63,987 bases of DNA, filler included, from Asterionella formosa (GCA_002256025.1; 5 parts of 5 records of this genome joined end to end with filler, not necessarily neighbours in it), one strand, 5' to 3'; counted from the whole stretch's first letter, positions 1 through 13,684 are shown. Numbers and translations: made by a program. The notes: a model not told the origin generated them from the sequence alone.

Positions 1-7
1 TCCAAGC

Positions 8-1009
8 ATGACTTCTATAGCTGCCTACACGGCTTCGTCTCCTCCTCCAGATAAGTGCAAGCTTGTCTTATTGTTTTGGGCCGACTGGCACGAAGATTCG
101 GTGGAGCTCAAAGATGGGATCCTCCCTGCTCTTGCTGGCGCCACTACAACCGTAGTCTTTGGAAGCGTCGAAGCAGAAGCTTGTTCTGAATTGAGTGATC
201 AATTCGGGGTGACAGTTGTGCCGACTGTGGTTTTGGTAAATGTCATTGGAGAAACTATCCAGAAGTTTGAAGGAAATATTGATATCGCCGACATTACAAA
301 GTCGGTCCAGAGACTGGCCACCGCGACAGAGGCAATTAGTGCTCCTTTAGTTGCTCATCCCTCAAATACCGCTACTGCAACGCCACCAATCGAAGTTCGT
401 CTCAAGGAAATTATCAACACAGCAGAAGTCATGTTATTTATCAAGGGGACACCCACTGCTCCAAAGTGTGGGTTTAGTCGCCAAGCTGTGGAAATTATGG
501 AGGGAGAAAACATAGCATTTTGTTCCTTTGACATTTTGTCTGACGATGAGGTTCGACAAGGACTTAAAACGTACAGTGATTGGCCTACTTTCCCGCAAAT
601 TTATTGCAATGGAGAGCTTATTGGTGGATTGGATATTCTTAAAGAAATGTTGGAAGCTGGAAGTCTCCACGAACAACTTGGAGTTACGCAGTCGCAACAA
701 CCAATATCCTTGGACAACCGATTGAAACTGCTCACGAATAAATCTAGAATCATGCTGTTCATGAAGGGACTTCCCTCCGCTCCCAAATGTGGATTTAGTC
801 GACAGATTGTGGAATTGTTAGAAAATGAGCATGCTGAGTTTGACACATTCAATATATTGGATGACGATGAAGTCCGGCAAGGATTGAAAAAATATTCTGA
901 TTGGCCTACTTATCCACAACTATACGTTGATGGGGACTTGGTAGGGGGACTTGATATTGTAAAGGAAATGGTTGAGTCTGGAGATTTTGCCGACTTGGTA
1001 CGAGGTTAG
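8..1009 (+). CDS. GRX3: Multidomain monothiol glutaredoxin (Trx-like + 2 Grx domains; GRX3/PICOT/GRXS17 type)
   Basis: N-terminal thioredoxin-like domain (LLFWADWH; FGVTVVPT), then two repeats of MLF.KG.P.APKCGFSRQ...R.GLK.YSDWPT.PQ.Y..G.L.GGLDI. Confidence 0.93.
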   Translation: MTSIAAYTASSPPPDKCKLVLLFWADWHEDSVELKDGILPALAGATTTVVFGSVEAEACSELSDQFGVTVVPTVVLVNVIGETIQKFEGNIDIADITKSVQRLATATEAISAPLVAHPSNTATATPPIEVRLKEIINTAEVMLFIKGTPTAPKCGFSRQAVEIMEGENIAFCSFDILSDDEVRQGLKTYSDWPTFPQIYCNGELIGGLDILKEMLEAGSLHEQLGVTQSQQPISLDNRLKLLTNKSRIMLFMKGLPSAPKCGFSRQIVELLENEHAEFDTFNILDDDEVRQGLKKYSDWPTYPQLYVDGDLVGGLDIVKEMVESGDFADLVRG

Positions 1010-4000
1010 GTTGAGTTGACCGGTGGGAAATGTTTGCTGGGTTTGCTTCTTCATGTTGCGTCATTGGATCAAGCAAACCATGAGTACACTACCAGTATTC
1101 AACTTGCGTTTGTGCGGCCAACCTGCACATCCTCAATGAAACAGCCTGTTTGCTGGAATTTTTGTCAGCAGAGAAACAATATTAAAGCATCTGTGGAATC
1201 AGAGGCTATACAGGAATTTCGCCGAAAAAAATTTAAAAAACAGTGGTACATCAGGTCATGAATAACAATGAAATCATCATGCATTGTATATATTTGAAAT
1301 ATGTATTAAATAAATTAATGATATCATATACATGATGTGCCTTATAAAGAGTTTTTTGAACTTTACAAATGCTCAACTGTATTTATATTATTACAAATTT
1401 TTATAAATATATATATTTATGACTGATATTTTTTAATTTATCTTTATTATGTTTGTTTTCATGCAAATGTCTTGAAATGAAAGATCAAAATACATGACAA
1501 TGGAAAATGCAGTGATGCAACAAAACAGATAAATTCTACAGCATCGATCACCATCGCCGCCCTTGAGTCCTCCCAACACTCTTACCCATGTGGTAGGGTT
1601 AAATCACTTTGGAGGCGAGGGACCAAATCAGCTAGTCAGTACACAGGAACAAAGTCCAAACAATCTCTCCCCTTCTACAGATAGATGATAGTTCTATATA
1701 ATAATTATCCTCAGCACACTTCACCTCCAGAAATCGACACATAAGGTACTTCTCAGAAGAGACTTTTCTTTGGAAACACCGATGCACATATCACCTTCCG
1801 CTCTCCCAATAAATCAAAGCATTTCCCCACAATTCACAGCACAACCCACACACAACCCCATCAGTCCACCTCTGATCCAACAACATTTGGCCTCTACAAG
1901 TCAACCTGCCTGATCTCTCCTCCACAACCTGGGGGATCCACTCATACTAGCCTCGGACAGTTCTTTCTGTGTCTATTTTCAAAATATCTGCGGGCTAAAT
2001 CGTCAGCAAACAACGGCACTGGTTCTCCTGTTCAATTTGGAATCCATGCAGTCTTTCAAAGAAGTCAGTTTCTTCTGATGGGTGGAGACAAACACCAACT
2101 GGAATAACAAAGATAATCAATGGAATATAGGTTGCAGCACGTCCAAGTATTTGAATCTGAATAAAGCTCAGTTTTTTCAGTTGCCTCTCTTCCAAGAAGG
2201 GCAGGGTCCAAATCAAGCTATCCACTTTCTTCTCGAGTGAGTTAATTCTTGTAGAAGCTTAAAGTATTTACAGCATCACCATCGCAAAACCTTGGTGTAC
2301 TAGTTCGACTCCCATTCGAGGGAGTGTAATCACCTCTTTTCCCGCATTTCAGCACTAACCGTCACCACGTCTGTTGAGTTGAACCTGGGTTGGGTTCTCT
2401 ATGAGTATCCAGGGCTGCTAACGCCAGGAAGCGCCATACAGGTTATTCTATTAGCAATTGAATCATCTTAAAGTGCTACAGAAGTGAAGTCATATGATAT
2501 CCAAGGTTCATCAAGGGCACATGCCAGGATGATCGATTTTGGGTTAACAAACTGACTAAATGATTGCTTCCTTCTCAAGCGATTCAATATCTCATTTTGC
2601 ATTTGGTGGGAAACAACCAATCCATGTCGAAAAAAACAGAATTCTTGGTAAGGGATCTCATTGGATCAATGATCAACTGTTAGAACATAACTGATACATG
2701 CGTGTTTTTGATCTTTCAGGAAAATTTAAATCAAGCATTTTTTTGTAAGTTATAAATGACATTTGTGGAACGATTTATTGATTTGTACTTATGCGATATT
2801 CGACTGATACATTATTTCACTGAATTACTCAAAAAATTCATTGATTTCTGGTAAGTGAAACATGATAAAATGGGACTGCAGTATTGAGGATCAAACAAAA
2901 CATGGCTAATGGGTAATTCCTTCCCATTGTTTGTATGATAAGGAAATCAAAATGGATAAAGCAACAGAATAGCGCATGTGAATTCAGAATCGGAGCAAAA
3001 GGAGACTAGGGCAGAGGCAGAATGCAGTCAGATGAGATTCAGATTCAGTATGCAAGGGAGGCAGGAGGCATCTTGCATCAAGAGCATTGAGACAATAGAA
3101 AAGGGGAAGGATGTGTTACCACACAGAATATAGAAACATAAAAAATCATTTCTAGATCATATTGCAGTAAAAAAAAAAACCATTTCAACCGATTTTCAAC
3201 AGTGATTTCCATCATGTTGAGATAGATATATGATGAAAGAATGTTTATCATTGGATAATGTTTTAATAATTATATGGTATGCTGTTTATTATAAGTATTC
3301 TTGACATATCATATTCTTGCTTATACTATACATTTGTCATTCATATAGTGAAAGAAGTATCTTGTGGCAAAAAATTCTGTCCCACATATTGTACAATACC
3401 CCCTTTTAAATAAATATGATACTTTTTATTTGCAGACGAACGCTACCCTACCCTCACTCCTGTGTACTCTTGCAAAATTCTAAGATAGCTAGTGAAGGAA
3501 ACAAGGACGACCGAGTCTTGACACTGTGGGCATAGCAGGCAGAGGGAAGATGTGCCAGCAAGTGAATGAAATTGAGTGGTCTTGTAGATCCATCAACTCA
3601 TTCTATTAGTCCATGTTTATGATGTCCGAAACTGGCAGTGGATCTGCAAGATCAGAGCAAGGAAAAAAATAGTCGGTGATGACAATTGTGACAGCAAAGA
3701 CAACAAGCATTACCGATATCATATTAAAATAGCCTATATCTATGATTGAGGGTAACTATACTGGTATCTAAAACTCATGATACCTCTTCCAGAAGATCAA
3801 GAGGTCTTCGCCAAGGAAGATTTGAGGTTGATTGTCTATGTTGATAATGCGTGGCAGGAAGTATTTGAATGGAACAATGAAAAGAACACAAAATAATTGA
3901 TTCGCTTGGTTTTGACTTACTTCGAGAGTCAACAATCATTCAAAGATCAACTCAAGCACATCCTCAAGCAGGAGTTCTACCATAAGCCGAAATCGACTTC

Positions 4001-5282
4001 GCATTGCTGATGGCAATTGTATTATGTCGAGAGAACGCTCGTGCCTGGTGTCAATTTTCTAACACAAAATCGTATATAAATAGTTGAAGTTGAAGACAAT
4101 CCCGTGATGTATCAAGAAAACAAGCGTGAATAGTGTCAATTTCAACCAAAGATCGTCGTCGCATTGCTGAATGCATACCCGTGATGCATCAAGAAAACAA
4201 CCATTTCAAGCGTCAATTTGTACATGATAATTATATACTAGGTGGCAATGGCAGGGCACAGGCATTTTATGTAATACAGCCGGCCATGCATGGGATATTG
4301 AAACAACGCCGGTCAAACATAAGGCCCATCGATTTAACATAACTAACACTACTATCCCTGTTCCTATTCCTCTAGCGTGGAAATTCTATGCGGAGCGAAT
4401 TATCATACTGACACAGCTAACCCTTTTCATGTTTTTTCTTCCATGCATGTTTTATACAAATCCATGGGTTGACCCTATGATGATGTCTGGTTAGGTTACT
4501 ATGCTGAGGGCCATACCTGCCGACTTTTATAAATCTGCCCAGGAAATTTAAGTGGTCATGAACCCTCCTGTTGGTCAGCTAGTAGCCATTGTGCCTTAAA
4601 ACCAGCAGAATGCTGAACAGATCGCCTTAACAGAAGTATGTGCGACAATAGCAACAATGCTATGATTTTTATAATATATATAAATAATTATGACGACACA
4701 TTGAATATGTCTTACGTCAATCATTACCTGGATAACATTTGTTATTTACAGGATAACTACAGGTTGGATATCGCCGCTATTGTAATGCGGGATATTTTAA
4801 AATGCAAAGGTAGATTCAATATATCATCCCATATGCACATCTCTAGGCCTGATTCCGTCTCATTTCTTTCTTTGCCTGAAAATGCAGAAACTTCATTGTA
4901 TTTCATTCCCATTTCATTAGCAACCCAAGGATTGGTGGCTGCTGTGTATATACATGACATAAGATGAATGTTATTTGATTGTGGTGGGTGCTGATCTTTA
5001 ACTTATGAATGGATTGTACTTCAGGACATTTCGTTGTCCATCGAACATTTGTAAATAATATACCGGTAGTCTATATTATAATCTGGCACAGATACCGCGT
5101 CCGTGATGGTGTGTGTCTGTACCTAGTACCGGTACCACAGTGGATCTTTTCGATCTTTTTTCTGCGTTTGCTTTTTATGATCCCTTTTTTGTTTCAGCCA
5201 AGCCCACTGATATACCTAGACCCCCGGCGGGTACATCCATACCTTCCCTATTTTACACCCTTAAAAGTCCAGTCAAATCAAC

Positions 5283-6500
5283 ATGCACGTGTCCTTGCGT
5301 AGCGCATTCGTTCTCATCTCCGTTGCGGTGGCTTCGATCGCAGTTTCGGTTCGGTTAGCTCTGTCTCAAGAAGGCCCCTGTCGACAGGATCTTGCAATAG
5401 TGTGGGGTGCCCTATCCATTCCACCTTGCCAATGCTTTTCCGAAACATATTTTGAAGCAAGAGACAAATTTCGAAGCATTGCAAATCAAGTCGGGGCGCA
5501 GCTCCATTCGCTGATCATTGTTGATGATTACACGACAGATATCGCTATTTTTACAGGGAACCAACCTGGCTTGGTGGTTCACACTTCAGGAGTGCATGGC
5601 ATCGAAGGCTACGCTGGGTCGGCGATTCAACTGGCGTGGTTGCTCACTAACGCAGGTTCGTCCCCTAACGACCGACCGACCATCATTCTGGTGCACGCAG
5701 TAAATCCATACGGCATGGCCAACTACCGTCGTTTCAATGAGAACAACGTTGATTTGAACCGGAATGCCTTATTGCCGGAAGAGTGGGTAACTGTGTTGAA
5801 GCGTGATCCGAACCTGGCTGGTTATGAAGACTTTTCGGCTGCCTTTAATCTAAAGTCACTTCCCTCTCATGGTTCCATCCTACCCATGATGATTTACCAT
5901 ATTCTTCGGTACGGCCGGAGGGCACTTAAAACCGCCATGGTGACTGGGCAATATCATAATGCACAAGGAATTTTCTATGGTGGAAGGAGTTTGCAGCCAT
6001 CCTTGTCAAAGCTATATGGTTTCATAGAGGCTTGGTTGAAGGAAAATCCTGTAGTGAGTGATGGAAATGTAACATGGATTGATGTTCACACTGGCCTGGG
6101 TCCCTCTGGTCAAGATACAATTTTACCCAATGTTGCAGCTTACATTGGTTCATTCTCAGAAGTTTTTAATGCTAGCCTTATTCCAGGGATCAATGAGGAG
6201 GGAGATGATGTCATTCAAGGTTATGAATCAGCAACTGGAATGAGCAATAATTATTTCATTCATCTCTTTGAAAAGTCCGCTTGGTTTCTAACTCAAGAAT
6301 TTGGAACCAAATCTATACCCATTATGGGACAATCATTGATCCTGGAAAACTTTTACTACCATCATCTACCACAATACAAAGAGCGAGGAAAGGAAATTCT
6401 TAGGTCGGCTTTCTATGTGCGAACTCCTGAGTGGAGAAGAGCAATTTTGATTAAAGGTTTGCTGATTTTAAGTCAAGCCATTGGGCGATCCAGCAACTAG
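5283..6500 (+). CDS. DUF2817 / M14-like zinc metallopeptidase family protein with N-terminal hydrophobic signal
   Basis: Motifs SGVHGIEGYAGS, HAVNPYG, NENNVDLNRN, WIDVHTGLG, QEFGT; hydrophobic N-terminus AFVLISVAVASIAV; intronless 405 aa ORF. Confidence 0.8.
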   Translation: MHVSLRSAFVLISVAVASIAVSVRLALSQEGPCRQDLAIVWGALSIPPCQCFSETYFEARDKFRSIANQVGAQLHSLIIVDDYTTDIAIFTGNQPGLVVHTSGVHGIEGYAGSAIQLAWLLTNAGSSPNDRPTIILVHAVNPYGMANYRRFNENNVDLNRNALLPEEWVTVLKRDPNLAGYEDFSAAFNLKSLPSHGSILPMMIYHILRYGRRALKTAMVTGQYHNAQGIFYGGRSLQPSLSKLYGFIEAWLKENPVVSDGNVTWIDVHTGLGPSGQDTILPNVAAYIGSFSEVFNASLIPGINEEGDDVIQGYESATGMSNNYFIHLFEKSAWFLTQEFGTKSIPIMGQSLILENFYYHHLPQYKERGKEILRSAFYVRTPEWRRAILIKGLLILSQAIGRSSN

Positions 6501-7614
6501 TCATCGCTTCTTGGAATTGAGTAGTTTCGACAATCTATGCAGGAATTCAGTGTGTTCAAGATGATGCTAGCCTTTTGTCAATATTGCCTCAAATATCAAC
6601 AAGTCCCAATGCAAAACCAATGCCACTGGGATCACCTTTGCAACAGTGCACGCAACAAGCTCGAGGAGCGCTGTAGGCGTCACTTGTACATCTCCTGCTT
6701 CTTGAATTATAGGGGATGATTCAGCACTTGAAAAGTTGTCAGGATCACCTTCAGTAATGATCCTGAAGTGCTTCTTCTCAAGAGCGTATTAACCTCAGTT
6801 GCTGTATCATCATTGTCTTCGGTCCCAGGAAATGTGACCACAATGGCCCTCACATCATACCCTTGATATTCTTGATGTCTCTCAGCAGAGCTTCAATCTG
6901 TGACCCTTTGTGACATTCGCATGATGGTTTCTGACCCACAGTGATGGTTGGATGTGCTTGAAAAAGCATGAAACAATGGCACCTTTCCCCATCATTGATT
7001 TCGATGATTTTGCAATGATTTTGATGGGCAGGCAGTCTACTGATGCAATTGAATTATTTTCAAGCCAAGAAACCTATTACTATGCATATATCCAGAAACC
7101 TAATAGGTAGACATTGAAGTATCAGACAACGTGCAAAATTGCTCAGCAGCAATTGAAATCCTGGATTAAATAGTTGGAGCAAATTGGACTCAATCTATTG
7201 GTCTATGAGACCCCGTTATCGAATGTGTATACCGGTATACGACATGGGAACAATTCCATGACCATTTGCTCTTTACGGCAGTTAGTATATATTAACGTCA
7301 TATATATATGTGATGTGAATATATGTACATCATATATATATAAGGATATATACCGGTATATGATGTCAATATACCTGTTTTTCTCATGTATTATTTTTCT
7401 TTGACTTCGCCTGTTGCTTTCATGAAATGATACACCGGTAATAGTTGTCATTGTGATCATTCTTATTTATGATTTGTTGCGGTAGCCTTCATTCAAATTT
7501 GTGCGCTAACGCTTTTTCACTTGATTCTTCTTCATCGGATTTCATCGCGTTCTTCAATTGTCAATCATACACGTTGTGTGTGTGTACGTGCGAGCAACAC
7601 AAATATAACCAACC

Positions 7615-10208
7615 ATGTCATCTCAACAAAATTCTCCTCTACGTAGTAGCAACAACAACAGAGGACCTGTCCCTCCTCGAGACCCAGATCATGAAAATCC
7701 CCACAGCAACAATGCAAACCAGCGCCGCCGGCAGCAGCAAGGACACCAGTCTACCGGAACTTATACTCCTTCCATTCAGCATTCGAACTCTCAAATAACT
7801 GCATCTCCTTCGACGATATCAGCATCGCCTTCCATTAGTTTTGAGTCGCCATTACCGCCCATGGTTCAGAGATGTCTCGGCGATCGCAGCAACGAAAAAC
7901 GCAAAAACGCGGCTCTAGAAATTGAAGCCTTGATCAAGTCTTTGCAAGAAGCCAACAATACCTCCATGATTCAGAGTGTAATTTCTGTGCTAAGTAAAGA
8001 TTTCTGTACGTCAATGAACAGCAATTACCGCAAGGGAGGTCTGATTGGACTAGCTGCCACAGCCATTGGTCTTCATAATACGACCAAGACATATCTAGAT
8101 GTTCTTCTACCCCCTGTTTTGCACTGTTTTGATGATCCAGAGAGCAGGGTCAGATATTACGCATGCGAATCGCTCTACAATATTTGCAAGGTTTCTAGGA
8201 GTTATATGCTTCTCCATTTTAACATGATGTTTGAGGGACTCACGTAAGTCATCATGCTTCTCAGGCTGATTTCATGCTAATTTATATTTTTGTCTACGCA
8301 AGGGATTGGTGTTATGTATTCGTGTCAGTGTTCGATATTTCTGCCGGTTTTCAATCGCTCAACTCACTGTTGCTTTCTCGACCTAGAAAACTTTTCGCCG
8401 ATGTTGACGTGGATGTCAAGAATGGTGCAAATTTACTCGATAGACTCATGAAAGATATTGTCACGGAAAGCAATGAATTTAACGTGGAGAACTTTCTTCC
8501 TCTGTTGCAAACTTATATAAGGCGAACCAACCCGTTCATTAGACAATTGTTAGTGGGTTGGATAACCGTTCTTGATAGCATCCCAGATGTTTCCATGATT
8601 GACTACCTTTCCGATTTCTTAGACGGACTGTTCAATATGTTGAGTGACAGCAATCGAGAAATTAGACAGGCGGCAGATAGTGCATTGTCTGATTTTCTGA
8701 GAGAGGTTTCTGTTTCAAAGGTAATGGAGTTTGGACCTATTGTCTCTATTTTGGTGAATCAGTGTCACTCCAAGGAACGTCTGAATCGACTCACGGCCAT
8801 TACATGGTTGGCAGAATTGATACATCATCCATACAGTGGAGGAGATGCCTTATTACCTTATCATGACTTGATATTAGGAGCAATCATGCGATGCATCAGT
8901 GATGGTGAAATTGAAATTCGCCTAGTGGCCGAACGCACCAACGATGACTTGCTGGTATTGGTCAGAGACACACAGGGAGATTTTCTCCTAACGCAATTGC
9001 TTGACACCTTGACATCGGAACTCCTTCATAAGGAAGATGTTCCGACGAAAATGGCTGCACTTCGCTGGATCAACATGTTGATGGAAAAACGACATAAGGA
9101 CATGGAAGAACACATTCCAAGAATGCTTCCTGTGCTGTTGAGGACACTGAGTGATCCCTCCGACCCAGTTGTGCTACTCAATTTGCAGGTTTTGTCTAGA
9201 ATATCATTGGGCACCATAGAAGATGTGGAAGCAGTTGACAAAGTGCAAGAGGAAGCGCAGTTCCAGTTGGTACTTACAGCTATTTTGCACCTCTTTTATG
9301 CCGATCGGCATTTGTTGGAGACGAGGGGCTCCCTGATTATTCGCAAACTTTGTGTCCTTTTAAATGCTAAATCAGTTTATATTCGCATTGCCGATGCTCT
9401 GTCCGCGTATGAATCCCCAGCTGGATCCACCAAGGCGGAGTCATTGGAATTTGTTTCCACCATGGTCCAAACGTTGAATTTGATTCTGCTAACATCGTCA
9501 GAATTGAGCGACTTACGAGCCATGCTGCAACGTACCTTTTACGTGGAAGGAGATGTGCCACGACGAGAACGGCAAAAGGTGCGGGATGGTGCAAAAGTCT
9601 TTTCTTCCCTCTTCCAGTGTTGGTCGCACAATCCAGTTGCCACTTTTTCTCTATGTCTACTAGCACAAGCCTACGATTTGTCCTTTTCGCTAATCAAACG
9701 GTTTTCCAATATGGAAGTGACGGTGGGATTTTTGATGCAAATCAACAAGTTGGTACAACTTTTGGAGTCGCCAATTTTTGTGCATTTGCGACTACAATTG
9801 ATCGATGTCGACGCTCCGTACCATGCACCATTGCTGAAATCGCTTTATGGTCTCCTAATGCTCATGCCCCAGTCGGACGCCTTTCGATCATTGAATGACC
9901 GACTTACGACTGTGTGCAATCTGCGTGAAAATCTCGGTATTGCTCCTGACTTGATGGCACCAAAGAAGGTTGGTTTGAACCTCAATCGGCTACTGGAACG
10001 TTTTGATACAGTTATGTTACAACACAAGCTGGCAAAACAACGAGACCCTTTGTCGCCGGCACCTGAACCAACCTTTATGATGACACCCAATGGAACTAGT
10101 CCCAAGGAAGGACGAGGTGGTAAATGGCAAGTGCCAAGTTCACCAACGAGATCCACTGCTAGCACTGCTCCTTTGGAATCAAGATCGGCAGTTCGCGCAA
10201 TCATGTAG
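7615..10208 (+). CDS. VAC14: VAC14 (PIKfyve/Fab1 complex HEAT-repeat scaffold); 2 exons, intron 8244-8386
   Basis: LGDRSNEKRKNAALEIE, RKGGLIGLAATAIGL, DPESRVRYYACESLYN, VKNGANLLDRLMKDIV, LLETRGSLIIRKLC, LVQLLESPIFVHLRLQL, LYGLLMLMPQSDAF; GTAAGT...CTAG intron joins GLT|KLFAD in frame. Confidence 0.95.
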
Positions 10209-10254
10209 TACAAGGATTAAAGTAAAGAGTTTTCAATTATGAGTATCTTTATGT

Positions 10255-13055
10255 ACCAAGGAAGAATCATTGAAGCTAGATGAGAGCGGAAAAATCCCAA
10301 AGAGCTGGATCTTGTTAGGCAACCAGTCTACTGTTGATGTCTTCTATAATGCAAATCTACTCAGGAATATCAGAAAAGGTGAAAAACATATGGATATTCA
10401 TTTAACGCAGGTGTTACAAGCACTAACTTGGTTGGTGACTTGCCAGGATATGGGACAGTGTGGTACCATCCAAATGGGATTGCCAACATCTTGTCCTTGG
10501 CAAAAATGCAGGAACGTGGGTACCACATTAAATATGATAGCAAGGATGGAAATGAATTCATCATTTGCAAACCAGACAGAAGGATGAGAGTGTTTAAACA
10601 ATCAGATCGTGGTCTATACTTCATGGACAGCAAGATGGCCAGCACTACAGAGGTCACATTGGTTAATACGATAGACGATAACTGTTCTAACTACACCAAC
10701 CATGACTATTCTTGTGCAGTATTAGCTCGTCAATTACTACAAAAGATCATAGGAAGGCCAAGTACTCGTACATTCACTAAAACTGTGGAAAACAATTTAC
10801 TACCAAACTGCCCAGTGATGCAAAGGGACATCATGATGGTAGAGGATATATTTGGTCCTGATGTGGGATCACTAAAAGGGAAAACAACTCAACGCAGTAC
10901 TGATCATGTGGCAATCAATCTCATTGACATCCCAGCCAGCATAATGAATCACTATAAAAAAATCATCTTGGGAGGTGACATCATGTTTGTGAACAAAATA
11001 CCTTTCTTTGTGACCATGTCCTGCCATGTCAAATTTGGGACAGCAGAACAAATGCTGCAAAATCAACAAAGCAAGAAAATACTAAGGGCGATTAAGCAAG
11101 TGAAAAGCGTCTATATGAAGAGGGGATTTAAGATCTCAACATTGTTAATGGATAGGCAATTTGAATCAATCAGAGGTGACCTGGCTGAAATGCAAATCAA
11201 TCTCAATACTGTTCCCACTGATGAACATGTCCCAGAAGTGGGAAGATACATTTGTACCATCAAAGAGCGCGCATGCTGTGTCTATGACACATTGCCGTTT
11301 CGGCGAATTCCAGCAAGGATGATAATTGAAATGGTCTATTACAGTGTGTTCTGGCTTAACAGTTTCCCAGCAGAAGAAGATGGAATAAATCACAAACTAA
11401 TCCCTTGTGCCATTGTGATTGGAACACTCATCGATTACAATAAGCACTGCAAACTTGAGTTTGGTACAAATGTGCAAGTGCATGAAGAGCAAGACAACTC
11501 CTTGGCCACCAGAACCACAGGGGCAATCGCACTACAACCAACAGGAAACTAGCAAGGCGGTTACTATTTTTACAGCCTCACTAATAGTGGTCGAGTTCTA
11601 AATCGGAACCATTGGACCGCATTGCCTATGCCGGCAGAAGTAATTGATCAAGTGCATGTCCTAGCTTGTCGCAATACCGGCAATGGCACCCCTGAGCTGA
11701 TGTTCACTGATTGTAATGGTGCTTCTCTCACCAACCCTGAGGATGATGATAGTGATGACGAGTCCTATTACCCTGATGAGGATGCCACTTCCAGAATTAT
11801 TGAATACAATGATGACTATTACCTAACTTCCGATGCGTAGAACATCCCTGATGCTCCCATCATCGCAGGAGTGTATGATGAGAAGAACAAGAACACCTCA
11901 AAGGATACGAAATCGACGATAATGCCGAAATTGAGGAGGAAAATTTAGAAAACGAAATTGAGAATAACAACAAAATCGAGGACGAAAATGTTGAAGATAA
12001 CATTAATGATGTGGCCAATGAAGAGGAGCAACAAAACATGTCAATAGACAAGGAAATGGATGCAAAATATGGGACCCGAAGCAGTGGAAATGAACTATGA
12101 CCCAGACGACCTCGGGACTATAGTCACATGCATACAACTCTTGAAAATACAGTGATGACACAGCATAAAATTAAAANNNNNNNNNNNNNNNNNNNNNNNN
12201 NNNNNNNNNNNNNNNNNNNNNNNNNNNNNNNNNNNNNNNNNNNNNNNNNNNNNNNNNNNNNNNNNNNNNNNNNNNNNNNNNNNNNNNNNNNNNNNNNNNN
12301 NNNNNNNNNNNNNNNNNNNNNNNNNNNNNNNNNNNNNNNNNNNNNNNNNNNNNNNNNNNNNNNNNNNNNNNNNNNNNNNNNNNNNNNNNNNNNNNNNNNN
12401 NNNNNNNNNNNNNNNNNNNNNNNNNNNNNNNNNNNNNNNNNNNNNNNNNNNNNNNNNNNNNNNNNNNNNNNNNNNNNNNNNNNNNNNNNNNNNNNNNNNN
12501 NNNNNNNNNNNNNNNNNNNNNNNNNNNNNNNNNNNNNNNNNNNNNNNNNNNNNNNNNNNNNNNNNNNNNNNNNNNNNNNNNNNNNNNNNNNNNNNNNNNN
12601 NNNNNNNNNNNNNNNNNNNNNNNNNNNNNNNNNNNNNNNNNNNNNNNNNNNNNNNNNNNNNNNNNNNNNNNNNNNNNNNNNNNNNNNNNNNNNNNNNNNN
12701 NNNNNNNNNNNNNCCCAAACTATACCGCAAACATGTGCAGATGCAAGGGGGTAAGCAGGTCTTATATGTGGAACTAAAGAAAGCATGATTGTATGGAACT
12801 CTCAAGGCAGCACTGTTATTTTGGAAGAAACTTCCAACAAAATTTAAACAATGGGGATTTGAGGTGAATCCATACAATTGGTGTGTAATGAATGAACAAA
12901 ACAATTGATTGGGCCCAATGCACAATATTATGGCATGTGGATGATCTGAAGATATCTCATGTCAAGCCAAATGTGGTTACCAAGGTAATCAAGCAGTTGG
13001 AGGCGGAATTCGGCATTGAGGCACCCCTTACAAAGACACATTGAAAAGTTCATGA
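10255..13055 (+). mobile_element. Degenerate Ty1/Copia LTR retrotransposon pol fragment (protease-integrase-RT), diatom CoDi-like; interrupted by N gap 12177-12713
   Basis: Protease-like WILLGNQSTVDVF; integrase DIMFVNKIPFFVT and EHVPEV..YI.TIKER; RT motifs LYGTLKAALLFW, GFEVNPYNWCV, WHVDDLKISH (~12931); frameshifts and in-frame stops. Confidence 0.88.
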
Positions 13056-13684
13056 AGCCATCAGCCTCCTCCTTGAGGAATACAGCAACCTGGTACAGTA
13101 CCAGGTACTACCGGTACAATTCAGTTTGTGAAATATCTTTCTTAATTAAATTAATAAATTCGCATCCTCCATTCTGAGGATCAGCTCATAAATTGACATC
13201 ATAAATTTGTATTTATATATGGATATGCATACACCATATGTACAGTCTCGGTAGTTTTCGAACTCCAAGAGAGTCTCGATCAGAACATGACATCTCCCTT
13301 TCTGTGTCACCACAAAACTCAGAAGCGCTCTTGCATAGTCCCTGTTTACAGACAGGAAAACGAGCATTTTGACCCATTTTCTCCTGTCATAACATAAAAG
13401 GCCTAATTCAAAAATAAGGAATACTAACTCTACTTTTTGTCTCACCTTCCAACAAAGCTGACATAAAGCATTCGCCTTCATGGCTATCCAATTTTCATTT
13501 TTAGTAGACTAGATGTATGCAGATATTAATGGAAGATAATTGTTTCCTATCCGCTAGTTTCCTTGTCACTATGCGCATTTTATATTCGTGCTCGTTAATA
13601 TCTAAATGGAAATTGGCGTACACGATCCGACAACACAGTGAAATGTCAAAAAAGCATTTTGTCATACTCTCAAAATAAAGTCAT

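Noticed and set aside
1537..2285. Similar tacagcatc(gatc)accatcgc at ~1537 and ~2269 as a possible TSD
   Set aside because: Imperfect match and no element ends identifiable between them
6600..7150. Coding-like minus-strand sequence between the peptidase and VAC14
   Set aside because: Frames are broken and no recognisable motif is present; cannot be supported without a search
12095..12925. ORFs spanning N runs (also ~34250-34760, ~45000-46500 antisense, ~53980-54730)
   Set aside because: Artifacts of translating Ns as X
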